Below are positions 28,116 to 36,214 of a DNA stretch of 64,000 nucleotides, one piece after another. How positions within the stretch are numbered: the first letter of the stretch is position 1; each line of letters starts with the position of its first letter. A program made the translations under genes and the position numbers. Below the pieces are notes generated by a model. It saw nothing but the letters and a program-made list of their open reading frames with translations, did not search any database and was not told the DNA's origin. This DNA is from Candidatus Multivorans azotirespirans. Its GTDB lineage: Bacteria; Acidobacteriota; Thermoanaerobaculia; Multivoradales; Multivoraceae. The stretch lies in NCBI GenBank assembly GCA_027493095.1, contig JAPVXD010000159.1, positions 21,577 through 85,576 of the forward strand. The letters are read 5' to 3'.

Positions 28116-30344
28116 TCAGGGAACGAACGGCGGCGTCCGACCGCCACCGCCTGAGGGCGGCGAAGAGGGTGGTGAAGACGGCGGGGAAGACGGCGGCGAG
28201 TAACTTGACGGACTCGAGCTGGGAGGAGGAGAGTAGCTCCTCGGCGACGACGAAGATGGTGGCGAGGAAGACCGCGGCGAGGAGCTCCTTGGCGTGGACC
28301 GTACCCGTGCTGGTCGCGACGACGACCTGGGGGTGGAGGCCCGCGGTGTCGAGCGTACCCGGCTGGGGGGCGCGGCTCTGGGCGTCGAAGTTCGCGGTGT
28401 CGAGCGCACCCGGCTGGGGGGCGCGGCTCTGGGCGTCGAAGTTCGTGGTGTCGAGCGCACCCGGGTGGGGGGCGCGGCCCTGGGCGTCGAAGTTCGCGGT
28501 GTCGAGCGCACCCGGGTGGGGGGCGCGGCCTTTGGCGTCGAAGTTCGTGGTGTCGAGCGCACCCGGGTGGAGGGCGCGGTCCTGGGCGTCGCAGCCCGCG
28601 GTGTCGAGCGCACCCCCGTGGGAGGCGTCGCCCTGGGCGTCGCAGTCCGGGGCGTCGACCGCACCCGCGTTGGGCTCGCGCCAGAGTCCCTGCTCCGAAT
28701 GGCGTCCAGCACGCGGCGACCGGCTGTGGGCCGTCGGCTCGGTGCAGGCGCTGCGCCCGGGCTAGCGGGCGCGGCTTTCCTGATGGACACGCTTGGCTTC
28801 GCAGGTTCGTCGTCCTGGGTGGCGGAGACCGGGGCGCCGCCGCGGATCCCGACGACCGCGCCGCCGTCCCGCGCCGGCCGGCTTGAGGGAGCCGCCCGGA
28901 CGCCGCCGGCCGTGACGCTCGTCAACCCGGAGTCCCCGGAAGGCCCGGCACGACGTACCGACACGACCGCGGGGTCGGCGTCGCTGCGCCTGATCTCACT
29001 TCCGAACGTGGGGTCGAGGTCGGGCCGCCGCGCCACGAAGCTGTCGGCGTTCGGGATCTCGCTGCCGTCCAGTCCGCCGCGCCGGTTGATCAGGACCCGC
29101 TGGGTCGCCGCCGGGTCGCGCCAGTTCCGGCGGTCGATGCCGCGGGTGTCTGTCGTGATGATGCCGCGTTCGAGTTCGGCATGGCGACGCCGCAGGGAAT
29201 GGCCGTAGGTGTAGCCGCGGCCGTAACCCAGGTAGCCGGTCGGGCAGAAGATCCAGGTGTTGAACGGATCCCAGTAGCCGCCCGCCCAGCCGTAGAGCCC
29301 GAAGCGGAGGCCATAACCCAGACGCCGGTAGTAGTGGTGGTAGTAGCCGCTCGGAATCCAGCCGACGTAGGACGGTCCCCAGTACCAGTAAACGTGGCTG
29401 GGGGCGTACGCGAAGCCCGGGTACCAGATCCAGCCCCAGGCCGGATGCCGGTTCCAGCTTCCGTAGTGATAGGTGAGCGGCCCCCAGGGATCCCGCGCCA
29501 CCCAGTACAGCCCGGCGGGAGTGTCCGTCCACCGGCCCCGGCTGTAGGGCTGCCAGTTCTCTTCGACGCGCGGCTTCCAGGCCCGTCGATCGTCGACCTC
29601 GACCCACTCGCCGTGGGCGCCCAGGGTGTCGCGGTAGCCGCCGGCATCGACGGCGGCATAGGCCACGAGACTGGCGCGATGACCTGCGGTCCATTCATCC
29701 AGGGCGGCAGCCGCCACTCCCGCACCATTCTGGAGTTCGATCCAGGGATTGTCGAGACCGTTGGCAACGAGCGTCTCACCGCCGCGAACGATCACCGACC
29801 CGCGCTGCGTCACGACTTCCGCGAATCCGGCGAGAACCGTCACTTCGGTCCAGCGGCTGCCGTCACTGTGAATCTGGTAGCGGCCCCCCTGCTTCATGTA
29901 GACCCTGGAGTTCGCGGTGTCCACCACCGGCAACTCCGATTCGAGAAGGTGGTCTTCGACCTCCAGACTCAGCCGCCCCCGATGCAGGACGTAGAGCGAG
30001 TCCTGATCCTCGCCGTCCGGCGATCCGGCGATCCGTTCGAGGGTGATCTCGGAGTCGTGGTCCAGAGCCAGGATCGAACCGTCCGACATGAGCACGGCGA
30101 GTCGCGCGTTCGGCGTCGTCCAGATCCGATCACCTCGCAGAATCGGCAGATGGAGTTCGAGTTCGCTCTGGGCGCCGGAACGAGCCGCGAACAGGGTCGC
30201 GTCTCCGTCCAGCGCGCCGACGAAACTGTAGACGCCGGCGAGTCCGTCCGTCTCTTCCTGGCCTGGGGTGTTCGCTGCTTTGGCGCCGGACGCGGCGAAG
30301 ACGATCGGAAGCGCGAGAGTGCTGATCAGAAGCGGGTGTCTCAT
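28116..30344 (-). CDS. Secreted FecR-domain protein with a W/Y/G-rich repeat region (YxWGxW-like), 17-aa tandem repeats and a Ser/Pro-rich tail
   Basis: I took the ATG at 30344 (MRHPLLISTLALPIVFAASGAKA signal peptide); the longest ORF extends to 30617. The FecR-like region covers RIWTTPNARLAVLMSDGSILALDHDSEITL. An aromatic-rich block follows (WGWIWYPGFAYAPSHVYWYWGPSYVGWIPSGYYHHYY). The protein then has about 8 copies of RVRSTPRTSTPRAAPPT and ends in a SSPPSSPP tail. Confidence 0.75.
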   Translation of the reverse strand: MRHPLLISTLALPIVFAASGAKAANTPGQEETDGLAGVYSFVGALDGDATLFAARSGAQSELELHLPILRGDRIWTTPNARLAVLMSDGSILALDHDSEITLERIAGSPDGEDQDSLYVLHRGRLSLEVEDHLLESELPVVDTANSRVYMKQGGRYQIHSDGSRWTEVTVLAGFAEVVTQRGSVIVRGGETLVANGLDNPWIELQNGAGVAAAALDEWTAGHRASLVAYAAVDAGGYRDTLGAHGEWVEVDDRRAWKPRVEENWQPYSRGRWTDTPAGLYWVARDPWGPLTYHYGSWNRHPAWGWIWYPGFAYAPSHVYWYWGPSYVGWIPSGYYHHYYRRLGYGLRFGLYGWAGGYWDPFNTWIFCPTGYLGYGRGYTYGHSLRRRHAELERGIITTDTRGIDRRNWRDPAATQRVLINRRGGLDGSEIPNADSFVARRPDLDPTFGSEIRRSDADPAVVSVRRAGPSGDSGLTSVTAGGVRAAPSSRPARDGGAVVGIRGGAPVSATQDDEPAKPSVSIRKAAPASPGAAPAPSRRPTAGRRVLDAIRSRDSGASPTRVRSTPRTATPRATPPTGVRSTPRAATPRTAPSTRVRSTPRTSTPKAAPPTRVRSTPRTSTPRAAPPTRVRSTPRTSTPRAAPPSRVRSTPRTSTPRAAPPSRVRSTPRASTPRSSSRPARVRSTPRSSSPRSSSPPSSSSPRSYSPPPSSSPSSYSPPSSPPSSPPSSPPSGGGGRTPPFVP
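28294..28701. repeat. Eight tandem 51-bp repeats (in-frame, 17 codons each) inside the FecR-domain gene
   Basis: Unit starts are at 28294, 28345, 28396, 28447, 28498, 28549, 28600 and 28651. The central units (GGTGTCGAGCGCACCCGG.TGGGGGGCGCGGC.CTGGGCGTCGAAGTTCG.) are nearly identical; the outer units are degenerate. Confidence 0.92.
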
Positions 30345-30397
30345 CTCACAGTCCCCCAAGGAATCGGAGCTAAGGGAAGCTACCACTTCTGGGATTG

Positions 30398-30413
30398 AGC
30401 AAACCGCGTGCCA
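30398..30413 (-). promoter_or_regulatory. Sigma-54 (RpoN) -24/-12 promoter for the FecR-domain gene
   Basis: The minus strand reads TGGCAC-GCGGT-TTGCT, a perfect match to TGGCAC-N5-TTGCW. The GC of the -12 element is about 55 nt upstream of the ATG at 30344. It lies in the 224-bp divergent intergenic region shared with def. Confidence 0.6.
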
Positions 30414-30568
30414 GGTGGCTGGCTCCGGTTCGTCTCGGGCAATCCGGGCATTCGAACCGTCCAGGACCGTCGACCGGGACATGCCCGTCACCTCCAGAGG
30501 ACGGGCCGGAGCGTAGCTGGCGCCTTTTCGTATGATTCCCTCAAGCCCCTGCGTCGGCCGCGTAACGC

Positions 30569-31096
30569 ATGCCCGTTCTTCCCATTCGTCAGTACCCGGA
30601 TCCGGTGTTGCGGGCAAGATGCGCGCCGGTTGAGGACTTCGGTCCCGATCTGAAGCGCCTGGTCGACGACATGATCCAGACGATGCACGAGGCTCCCGGA
30701 GTCGGCCTTGCGGCGCCGCAGGTCGGCGTCGAATTGCGCGTCGCGGTAGTGGACGCCACCGCGGGGGTGGATCCGGAGGCGGTCCGGGTGCTCGTCAATC
30801 CGGAGATCCTCGATGCCGGTGGCGTCGCTACGGACACCGAAGGCTGTCTCTCGATTCCCGACTTCACCGATCAGGTCACACGCCCCGCCTCCGTCCGCGT
30901 CGCCGCTCGCGACCTGGACGGCGAGGCATACGAAATCGACGCGGACGAACTCGAAGCGAGGGCAATTCAGCACGAGCTGGACCACCTGGACGGCATCCTG
31001 TTCGTCGACCGCCTCCGGGGGTTGCGCCGGCAGCGCGCGAAGAGCTTCCTGCGCCGCTTGCGGTCGCCCGAACCGGCCGTCACCGGCGGCAACTGA
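30569..31096 (+). CDS. def: Peptide deformylase
   Basis: GVGLAAPQVG, EGCLSIP and HELDHLDG motifs. Confidence 0.96.
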   Translation: MPVLPIRQYPDPVLRARCAPVEDFGPDLKRLVDDMIQTMHEAPGVGLAAPQVGVELRVAVVDATAGVDPEAVRVLVNPEILDAGGVATDTEGCLSIPDFTDQVTRPASVRVAARDLDGEAYEIDADELEARAIQHELDHLDGILFVDRLRGLRRQRAKSFLRRLRSPEPAVTGGN

Positions 31097-31120
31097 GAGC
31101 TTCCGCTACCGTCGCGACCG

Positions 31121-31636
31121 GTGCGCGTTCCGATGGCAGCGACGGTGCTCGCGACGATGAGCCTGTTCGCCTGCGAGAGCGGGGGAGGGAGTCCGACCGC
31201 TCCGGTGAGTCCGGTCACAACCGGCGGGGTCAGCTTCTCGCCTGCGATGCCTGACGACGACGCGATCGCTCTTCGTGGCAGCTCCAGCGGGGCGACGCTC
31301 GAACTCGAGGTCTACGCGGTCGGCGTAGACGACCTGTACGGACTGAGCTTCGAACTCTGGTTTCCGGCGGACCTGCTGCGCTACGAGAGTCACGGCGGGG
31401 GCGTCTTCCCCAACCTGGAGGCGAAGGAGGCGGCAGCGGGCCGGCTCCTCGTCGGCGCTACCCACCTGGGACCGGTCTCCGGTCTGTCGGACGGCGGCAC
31501 CATCGCCGTCGTTCGGTTCACCGCCATCGCCAACGGCAACGGCCGATTGGACTTCAGCGGCGAGGAGGCCCTCGACAGCTTCGGCGACCGGCTGGCCCTG
31601 GACTGGCACGGAGGAACGGTCTCGATCGACCTTTGA
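31121..31636 (+). CDS. Lipoprotein with cohesin-like beta-sandwich domain
   Basis: Lipobox MSLFAC. The pattern LELEVYAVGVDDLYGLSFELWFPADLL ... IAVVRFTAIANG resembles cohesin-type domains. Function unknown. Confidence 0.55.
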   Translation: MRVPMAATVLATMSLFACESGGGSPTAPVSPVTTGGVSFSPAMPDDDAIALRGSSSGATLELEVYAVGVDDLYGLSFELWFPADLLRYESHGGGVFPNLEAKEAAAGRLLVGATHLGPVSGLSDGGTIAVVRFTAIANGNGRLDFSGEEALDSFGDRLALDWHGGTVSIDL

Positions 31637-31730
31637 AGCCGGCCCCCCGAACCGGCGACATCGACGTCTGGACCCGAGTCGACACGCGTTGCTACTGTCG
31701 CTCCTTCACGCCGGACTGCCCCCGGTTGCG

Positions 31731-33149
31731 ATGAAGCCAGTGAAGCTTTTCAACTCCCTCGGACGGCGCCTGCAGCAACTTGAGCCGCTCGAGCCCGGCC
31801 ATGTTCGTCTCTACACCTGCGGCCCGACGGTCTACGACCGGGTACACATCGGCAACCTGCGGACGTTCATCTTCGAGGACATCCTGCGCCGCACGCTGCG
31901 GTTCTTCGGCTACCGGGTCACCCAGGCGATGAACCTCACGGATGTCGAGGACAAGATCATCGCCGCGGCCGGCGAGGCGAATGTCGACATCGGGAGCTTC
32001 ACGGCGCCCCACGTCGCGTCATTCTTCGAGGACCTGGCAACCCTTCGCATCGAACCGGTGGAGCACTATCCCCGGGCGACCGAGCATGTGGCCGAGATGA
32101 TCACCATGATCGAGCGTCTACTGGCGGCGGGCTACGCCTACCGGGCCGACGATTCGGTCTTCTTCCGGATCGCCGCCGACGAGGACTACGGGAAGTTGTC
32201 AGGGATCGATCTCGATCAGGTGCGGCGCGGCCAGCGCGTGGAGAGTGACGAGTACGCCAAGGAGGATGCGCGCGACTTTGTCCTCTGGAAGGGGGCGAAG
32301 GAGGGCGAGCCCGAGTGGCCATCGCCCTGGGGCCCGGGACGTCCGGGATGGCACATCGAGTGCTCGGCGATGAGCCAGAAGTACCTGGGAACCACCTTCG
32401 ACATCCACTGCGGCGGTGTGGACAACCTCTTTCCCCACCACGAAAACGAGATCGCCCAGAGCGAGTCGGCCAACGACAGTCCGCAGGCGCGCTACTGGCT
32501 CCACTCGGAGCACCTGACGGTGGACGGCGAGAAGATGTCGAAGTCCCTCGGCAACTGCTACACAATGGGCGATCTTCTCGACCGCGGCCTTTCCGCCCGT
32601 GCGATCCGCTATCTGCTGGCATCGGTGCACTACCGCCAGCAACTGGACTTCACGTTCGACAAGCTGTCTGCCGCCGGCCGTGCGCTGAAGCGCATCGACG
32701 ACATGCGCTTCAGGCTTGCCCACGAGGTGGAGAAGGAGAGCGATCCGGCTCCACTGGATCGGGCCGCCAGCGACTTCGAGAGCGCCTTCGCGGCGGCGCT
32801 CGCCGACGACCTGAACACCGCCGGCGCTCTGGGAGCGGTCTTCACGTTCGTCCACGACGTGAACGGTTTCATCGACCACGGCCTGCCAGCCGGCGGCAGG
32901 GCTCGGGTCGAGGCCTCGCTCGACCGGGCCGATCAGGTCCTGGCCGTGCTCGACGCCGGGGCCTGGGCCGAGTCCACGGAAGTCGGTGGCGCGCTGGCCG
33001 ACGCCGAGATCGACGCCCTGGTCGCGGCCAGGAGCGAAGCGCGGGCCAGCCGCGACTTCGCTGCCGCGGACCGCATCCGCGACCAGCTGAGCGAGGCCGG
33101 AGTCGTGGTGGAAGACGCCGCGGGCGGCAGCCGCTGGAAGCGATCCTGA
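31731..33149 (+). CDS. cysS: Cysteine--tRNA ligase
   Basis: CGPTVYDRVHIGN (HIGH region), GWHIECSAM, and KMSKS (GEKMSKSLGN). Confidence 0.96.
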   Translation: MKPVKLFNSLGRRLQQLEPLEPGHVRLYTCGPTVYDRVHIGNLRTFIFEDILRRTLRFFGYRVTQAMNLTDVEDKIIAAAGEANVDIGSFTAPHVASFFEDLATLRIEPVEHYPRATEHVAEMITMIERLLAAGYAYRADDSVFFRIAADEDYGKLSGIDLDQVRRGQRVESDEYAKEDARDFVLWKGAKEGEPEWPSPWGPGRPGWHIECSAMSQKYLGTTFDIHCGGVDNLFPHHENEIAQSESANDSPQARYWLHSEHLTVDGEKMSKSLGNCYTMGDLLDRGLSARAIRYLLASVHYRQQLDFTFDKLSAAGRALKRIDDMRFRLAHEVEKESDPAPLDRAASDFESAFAAALADDLNTAGALGAVFTFVHDVNGFIDHGLPAGGRARVEASLDRADQVLAVLDAGAWAESTEVGGALADAEIDALVAARSEARASRDFAAADRIRDQLSEAGVVVEDAAGGSRWKRS

Positions 33150-33163
33150 AAGAACCGGGTGCC

Positions 33164-33580
33164 GTGCGCCCTGGCAGAGAATCGCCGCCGCGCCTGAGCG
33201 GCGCGGAAGCCGAGCGGGCCGCTGCCGAGTTGCTCCAGGCCCGAGGCCACCGGATTCTGGAGCGGAACTTCGACTCTCCGGTCGGCGAACTCGATCTGAT
33301 CACGATGGACGGCGAGACGCTCTGCTTCGTGGAGGTCAAGGCCCGATTCGACCCGCGATTCGGCGGTGCCGTGGCTGCGGTGGACCGCCGTAAGCGGGGG
33401 CGCCTGGTTCGGGCCGCCGAGGCCTTCCTGTGCCTGCCGGAGCAGTCGGCTCTCCGGCGCCGCCCCTGCCGCTTCGATGTCGTCACGGCGACCTGGTCGG
33501 CCGACGAAGGCGCCTGGACCTTCACGCACTACCCCGACGCGTTCACGGTCGACGACTCCGGACGCCGGAGCTGGCTCTGA
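33164..33580 (+). CDS. yraN: YraN-family endonuclease (UPF0102)
   Basis: GAEAERAAAELLQARGHRILERNF....GELDLI..DGETLCFVEVKAR motif. A GTG at 33164 is proposed; the long upstream extension of the ORF is an out-of-frame read of cysS. Confidence 0.8.
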   Translation: MRPGRESPPRLSGAEAERAAAELLQARGHRILERNFDSPVGELDLITMDGETLCFVEVKARFDPRFGGAVAAVDRRKRGRLVRAAEAFLCLPEQSALRRRPCRFDVVTATWSADEGAWTFTHYPDAFTVDDSGRRSWL

Positions 33581-33605
33581 CCGGCGCTCCGGCTTCCGGA
33601 GTGAG

Positions 33606-33635
33606 TTGACACTGTCCAGAGGCGGGCCGTATTCT
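33606..33635 (+). promoter_or_regulatory. Candidate sigma-70 promoter for the tRNA-Gly/Cys/Leu cluster
   Basis: TTGACA (33606-33611), an 18-nt spacer, then TATTCT (33630-33635), about 45 nt upstream of tRNA-Gly. Confidence 0.45.
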
Positions 33636-33679
33636 CGCGAATCAGGGCCTGCCGGTTGCACGGCTGGGTTCGCTCGGGC

Positions 33680-33754
33680 GCGGGAATAGCTCAGTGGTAG
33701 AGCACAACCTTGCCAAGGTTGGGGTCGCGGGTTCGAATCCCGTTTCCCGCTCCA
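33680..33754 (+). tRNA. tRNA-Gly (anticodon GCC)
   Basis: GCGGGAATAGCTCAGTGGTAGAGC..., anticodon loop TTGCCAA, T arm GCGGGTTCGAATCCCGT, encoded CCA. Confidence 0.95.
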
Positions 33755-33794
33755 CGCGATCCACGCGGCCTGAGACCGGTAGCGAGGTCCCCGA

Positions 33795-33869
33795 GGCGAC
33801 GTGGCCAAGTGGTAAGGCGAGGGTCTGCAAAACCCTTATTCGCCGGTTCGAATCCGGCCGTCGCCTCCA
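33795..33869 (+). tRNA. tRNA-Cys (anticodon GCA)
   Basis: GGCGACGTGGCCAAGTGGTAAGGC..., anticodon loop CTGCAAA, T arm CCGGTTCGAATCCGG, encoded CCA. Confidence 0.95.
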
Positions 33870-33892
33870 GACTCTCGACTCGCATCGCAAGC

Positions 33893-33980
33893 GCCGGAGT
33901 GGCGGAACGGCAGACGCAGGGGACTTAAAATCCCCCGCCCCTCTGAGGGCGTGCGGGTTCGAATCCCGCCTCCGGCACCA
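33893..33980 (+). tRNA. tRNA-Leu (anticodon TAA), class II with long variable arm
   Basis: GCCGGAGTGGCGGAACGGCAGACGC, anticodon loop CTTAAAA, variable arm GCCCCTCTGAGGGC, T arm GCGGGTTCGAATCCCGC, encoded CCA. Confidence 0.95.
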
Positions 33981-34037
33981 CCATTCCCGGATGACACGGG
34001 CAAGCTCGGTTCGAAACTGGTACTCTCCCGGTCCGAA

Positions 34038-34283
34038 ATGGACCGAACCCTGGCCGACGTGGCCGACGCTCGCGACGGGCGGTTGCTTGAGATTGCCGAG
34101 GTAACCGGCACCGGCGCCGCCAGCAGACGCCTCCGGGAAATTGGCTTCTGCACCGGAGCGCCGGTGCGGTTCCTTCGCCGGGCGCCGCTCGGCGATCCCG
34201 CGATGTACGAGCTTCGGGGCGCGCTCCTCAGTCTGCGCCGCAGCGAGGCGCAACGGATTCGGGTCCATCGGGCCGACCCATGA
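34038..34283 (+). CDS. feoA: Ferrous iron transport protein A
   Basis: Small SH3-like FeoA pattern (LLEIAEVTG....RRLREIGFCTGAPVRFLRRAPLGDP). Overlaps the feoB start. Confidence 0.85.
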   Translation: MDRTLADVADARDGRLLEIAEVTGTGAASRRLREIGFCTGAPVRFLRRAPLGDPAMYELRGALLSLRRSEAQRIRVHRADP

Positions 34284-36208
34284 CGGCACTGGTCCGGTTG
34301 CGGCCGAGCGAAGCCGCCAGACGACCGGGGCGTATCGCGATCCTGGGAGCGCCGAACTCGGGCAAGACGACACTGTTCAACGCCCTCACCGGGCATCGGG
34401 CGAAGGCGGGAAACTACCCGGGGGTTACCGTCGATCGTCGTGAGGGCGATCTCCAGAGCAGGTTCGGTGCCGACGATGTCCGGCTGATCGATCTACCCGG
34501 CGTCTACAGCCTCCAGCCCCAGTCGGAAGACGAGACGGTCGCAGTGCGGGTGCTCGAAGGTGGTTTCGGCGAGCCGGCGCCGGAGGGCGTCGTGGTGGTG
34601 GTGGACGCCACGACGATCGAACGGGGATTGCCGCTGCTGGCCGAAGCGGCCGCCCTGGGCCTGCCGGTCTGTGTCGCCCTGACGATGATCGACGAACTGA
34701 AGGCGCGACACGGCGAGATCGATCCGAAGGAACTCCAGGAGGAACTCGGCGTGCCGGTGGTTGGAGTGGTCGGCAACCGCGGCCTCGGCATCGACGATCT
34801 CGGCGCGCTGGTCAGTTCGCCCTGGGACTGGACCGCCAGCCCCAGCCTGTTGCACGGCGCGGAGGCGAGAACGCCGGAGGACCGGTTCGCCTGGGCGCGC
34901 GCGGTCCTGGGGGCCTGCCGCCGGAAGGCGCCGGAACCGAATCGCTGGACCCGGCGCCTGGACCGCCTCCTGCTTCACCCGATCATCGGTTCGGCCGTCT
35001 TTCTGACCTTCGTGGCCTTCTTCTTCCAGGCCATCTTCACGTGGGCCACTCCGGCCATGGACTTCCTGTCCGGGCTCATGGACGGACTCGCCGACCAGGT
35101 CCTGGCAACGCTGCCGGACACGGCGCTCACCCGCCTCATGGCCGACGGCGTGATCCGCGGCGTGGGCGCGGTGATCGTCTTCCTGCCCCAGATCGTGCTC
35201 CTCTTTACGGTCATTCTGTTTCTGGAGGGGTGCGGTTACATGGCCCGGGCCGCTTTCGTGGTCGACCGCGTGATGGGCTGGGTCGGCCTGGAGGGCCGTT
35301 GCTTCATCGCCCTGCTGTCCTCCTATGCCTGTGCCGTTCCCGGCATCATGGCGACCCGAACGATCCCATCGCCGCGCGATCGATTGACCACGATCCTGGT
35401 TGCGCCGTTCGCGACCTGCTCGGCCCGGCTGCCCGTCTACCTGCTGCTGATCGCGGCGTTCATTCCGGCTGATCCGGTCCTTGGCCCCTTTACCTGGCAG
35501 GGACTGACGCTGATGGGCCTCTACTTCCTGGGCACGGCGGCCGCGTTGCTTTCGGCGGCCGTGTTCAAGCGCGGCCTCCTTCGCGGCGCCGCCCTGCCGT
35601 TCTATCTCGAGCTCCCGCCGTACCGGCTGCCTCGACCCAGCGACATCGCTCTCGGAGTCTGGGACCGGGCAAAGCTCTTCCTGCGCCGCGCGGGCACGAT
35701 CATCCTTGCCGTCAGCGTCGTTCTCTGGTTCCTGCTCAACCTGCCGCGACGTCCGGCCGACCCGGAACTCTCCGTGGTCGAGAACCAGCGGATGGTCCTC
35801 GAAGGGAGCTACGCGGCTTCCGCCGGGCGGCTGCTGGAACCCGTTTTCGCGCCCATGGACTTCGACTGGCGAGTCAACGTCGGCCTGGTTGCCTCGCAGG
35901 CCGCACGTGAGGTGATGGTTGCCACTCTGGCCCAGATCTACGCCCAGGAGGGGCAGGACGAGGAAGGCCTCGGCGTTCTGCTCGCCGGCAGCGGAGAAGG
36001 GGGAACCCCGCCGCTCCTGTCCCGGGCTTCAGCGCTGGCCCTCCTGGTCTACTTCGCCTTCGCGATGCAGTGCATGTCGACGTTGGCCGTGATCCGGCGC
36101 GAAACCGGGGGCTGGCGATGGCCGGCCTTCACGTTCGCTTACATGAACGCCCTGGCCTGGCTGGGCGCCTGGCTGACCTTCGTCCTCGCCTCGGCAGCCG
36201 GCGCCTGA
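34280..36208 (+). CDS. feoB: Ferrous iron transport protein B
   Basis: G-domain motifs GAPNSGKTTLFNALTG, DLPGVYSL and a polytopic C-terminal permease with Gate motifs. Confidence 0.93.
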   Translation: MTALVRLRPSEAARRPGRIAILGAPNSGKTTLFNALTGHRAKAGNYPGVTVDRREGDLQSRFGADDVRLIDLPGVYSLQPQSEDETVAVRVLEGGFGEPAPEGVVVVVDATTIERGLPLLAEAAALGLPVCVALTMIDELKARHGEIDPKELQEELGVPVVGVVGNRGLGIDDLGALVSSPWDWTASPSLLHGAEARTPEDRFAWARAVLGACRRKAPEPNRWTRRLDRLLLHPIIGSAVFLTFVAFFFQAIFTWATPAMDFLSGLMDGLADQVLATLPDTALTRLMADGVIRGVGAVIVFLPQIVLLFTVILFLEGCGYMARAAFVVDRVMGWVGLEGRCFIALLSSYACAVPGIMATRTIPSPRDRLTTILVAPFATCSARLPVYLLLIAAFIPADPVLGPFTWQGLTLMGLYFLGTAAALLSAAVFKRGLLRGAALPFYLELPPYRLPRPSDIALGVWDRAKLFLRRAGTIILAVSVVLWFLLNLPRRPADPELSVVENQRMVLEGSYAASAGRLLEPVFAPMDFDWRVNVGLVASQAAREVMVATLAQIYAQEGQDEEGLGVLLAGSGEGGTPPLLSRASALALLVYFAFAMQCMSTLAVIRRETGGWRWPAFTFAYMNALAWLGAWLTFVLASAAGA

Positions 36209-36214
36209 TTTCCG

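Noticed and set aside
28294-28701. Possible CRISPR array, because of regularly spaced direct repeats
   Set aside because: The units are contiguous 51-bp repeats with no unique spacers. They are in frame inside a long ORF, and no cas genes are present.
32349-32364. TGGCAC-ATCGA-GTGC inside cysS as a sigma-54 promoter
   Set aside because: It is a near match only (GTGC instead of TTGC), lies deep inside the cysS coding sequence (it encodes the conserved GWHIEC motif), and has no gene start downstream.
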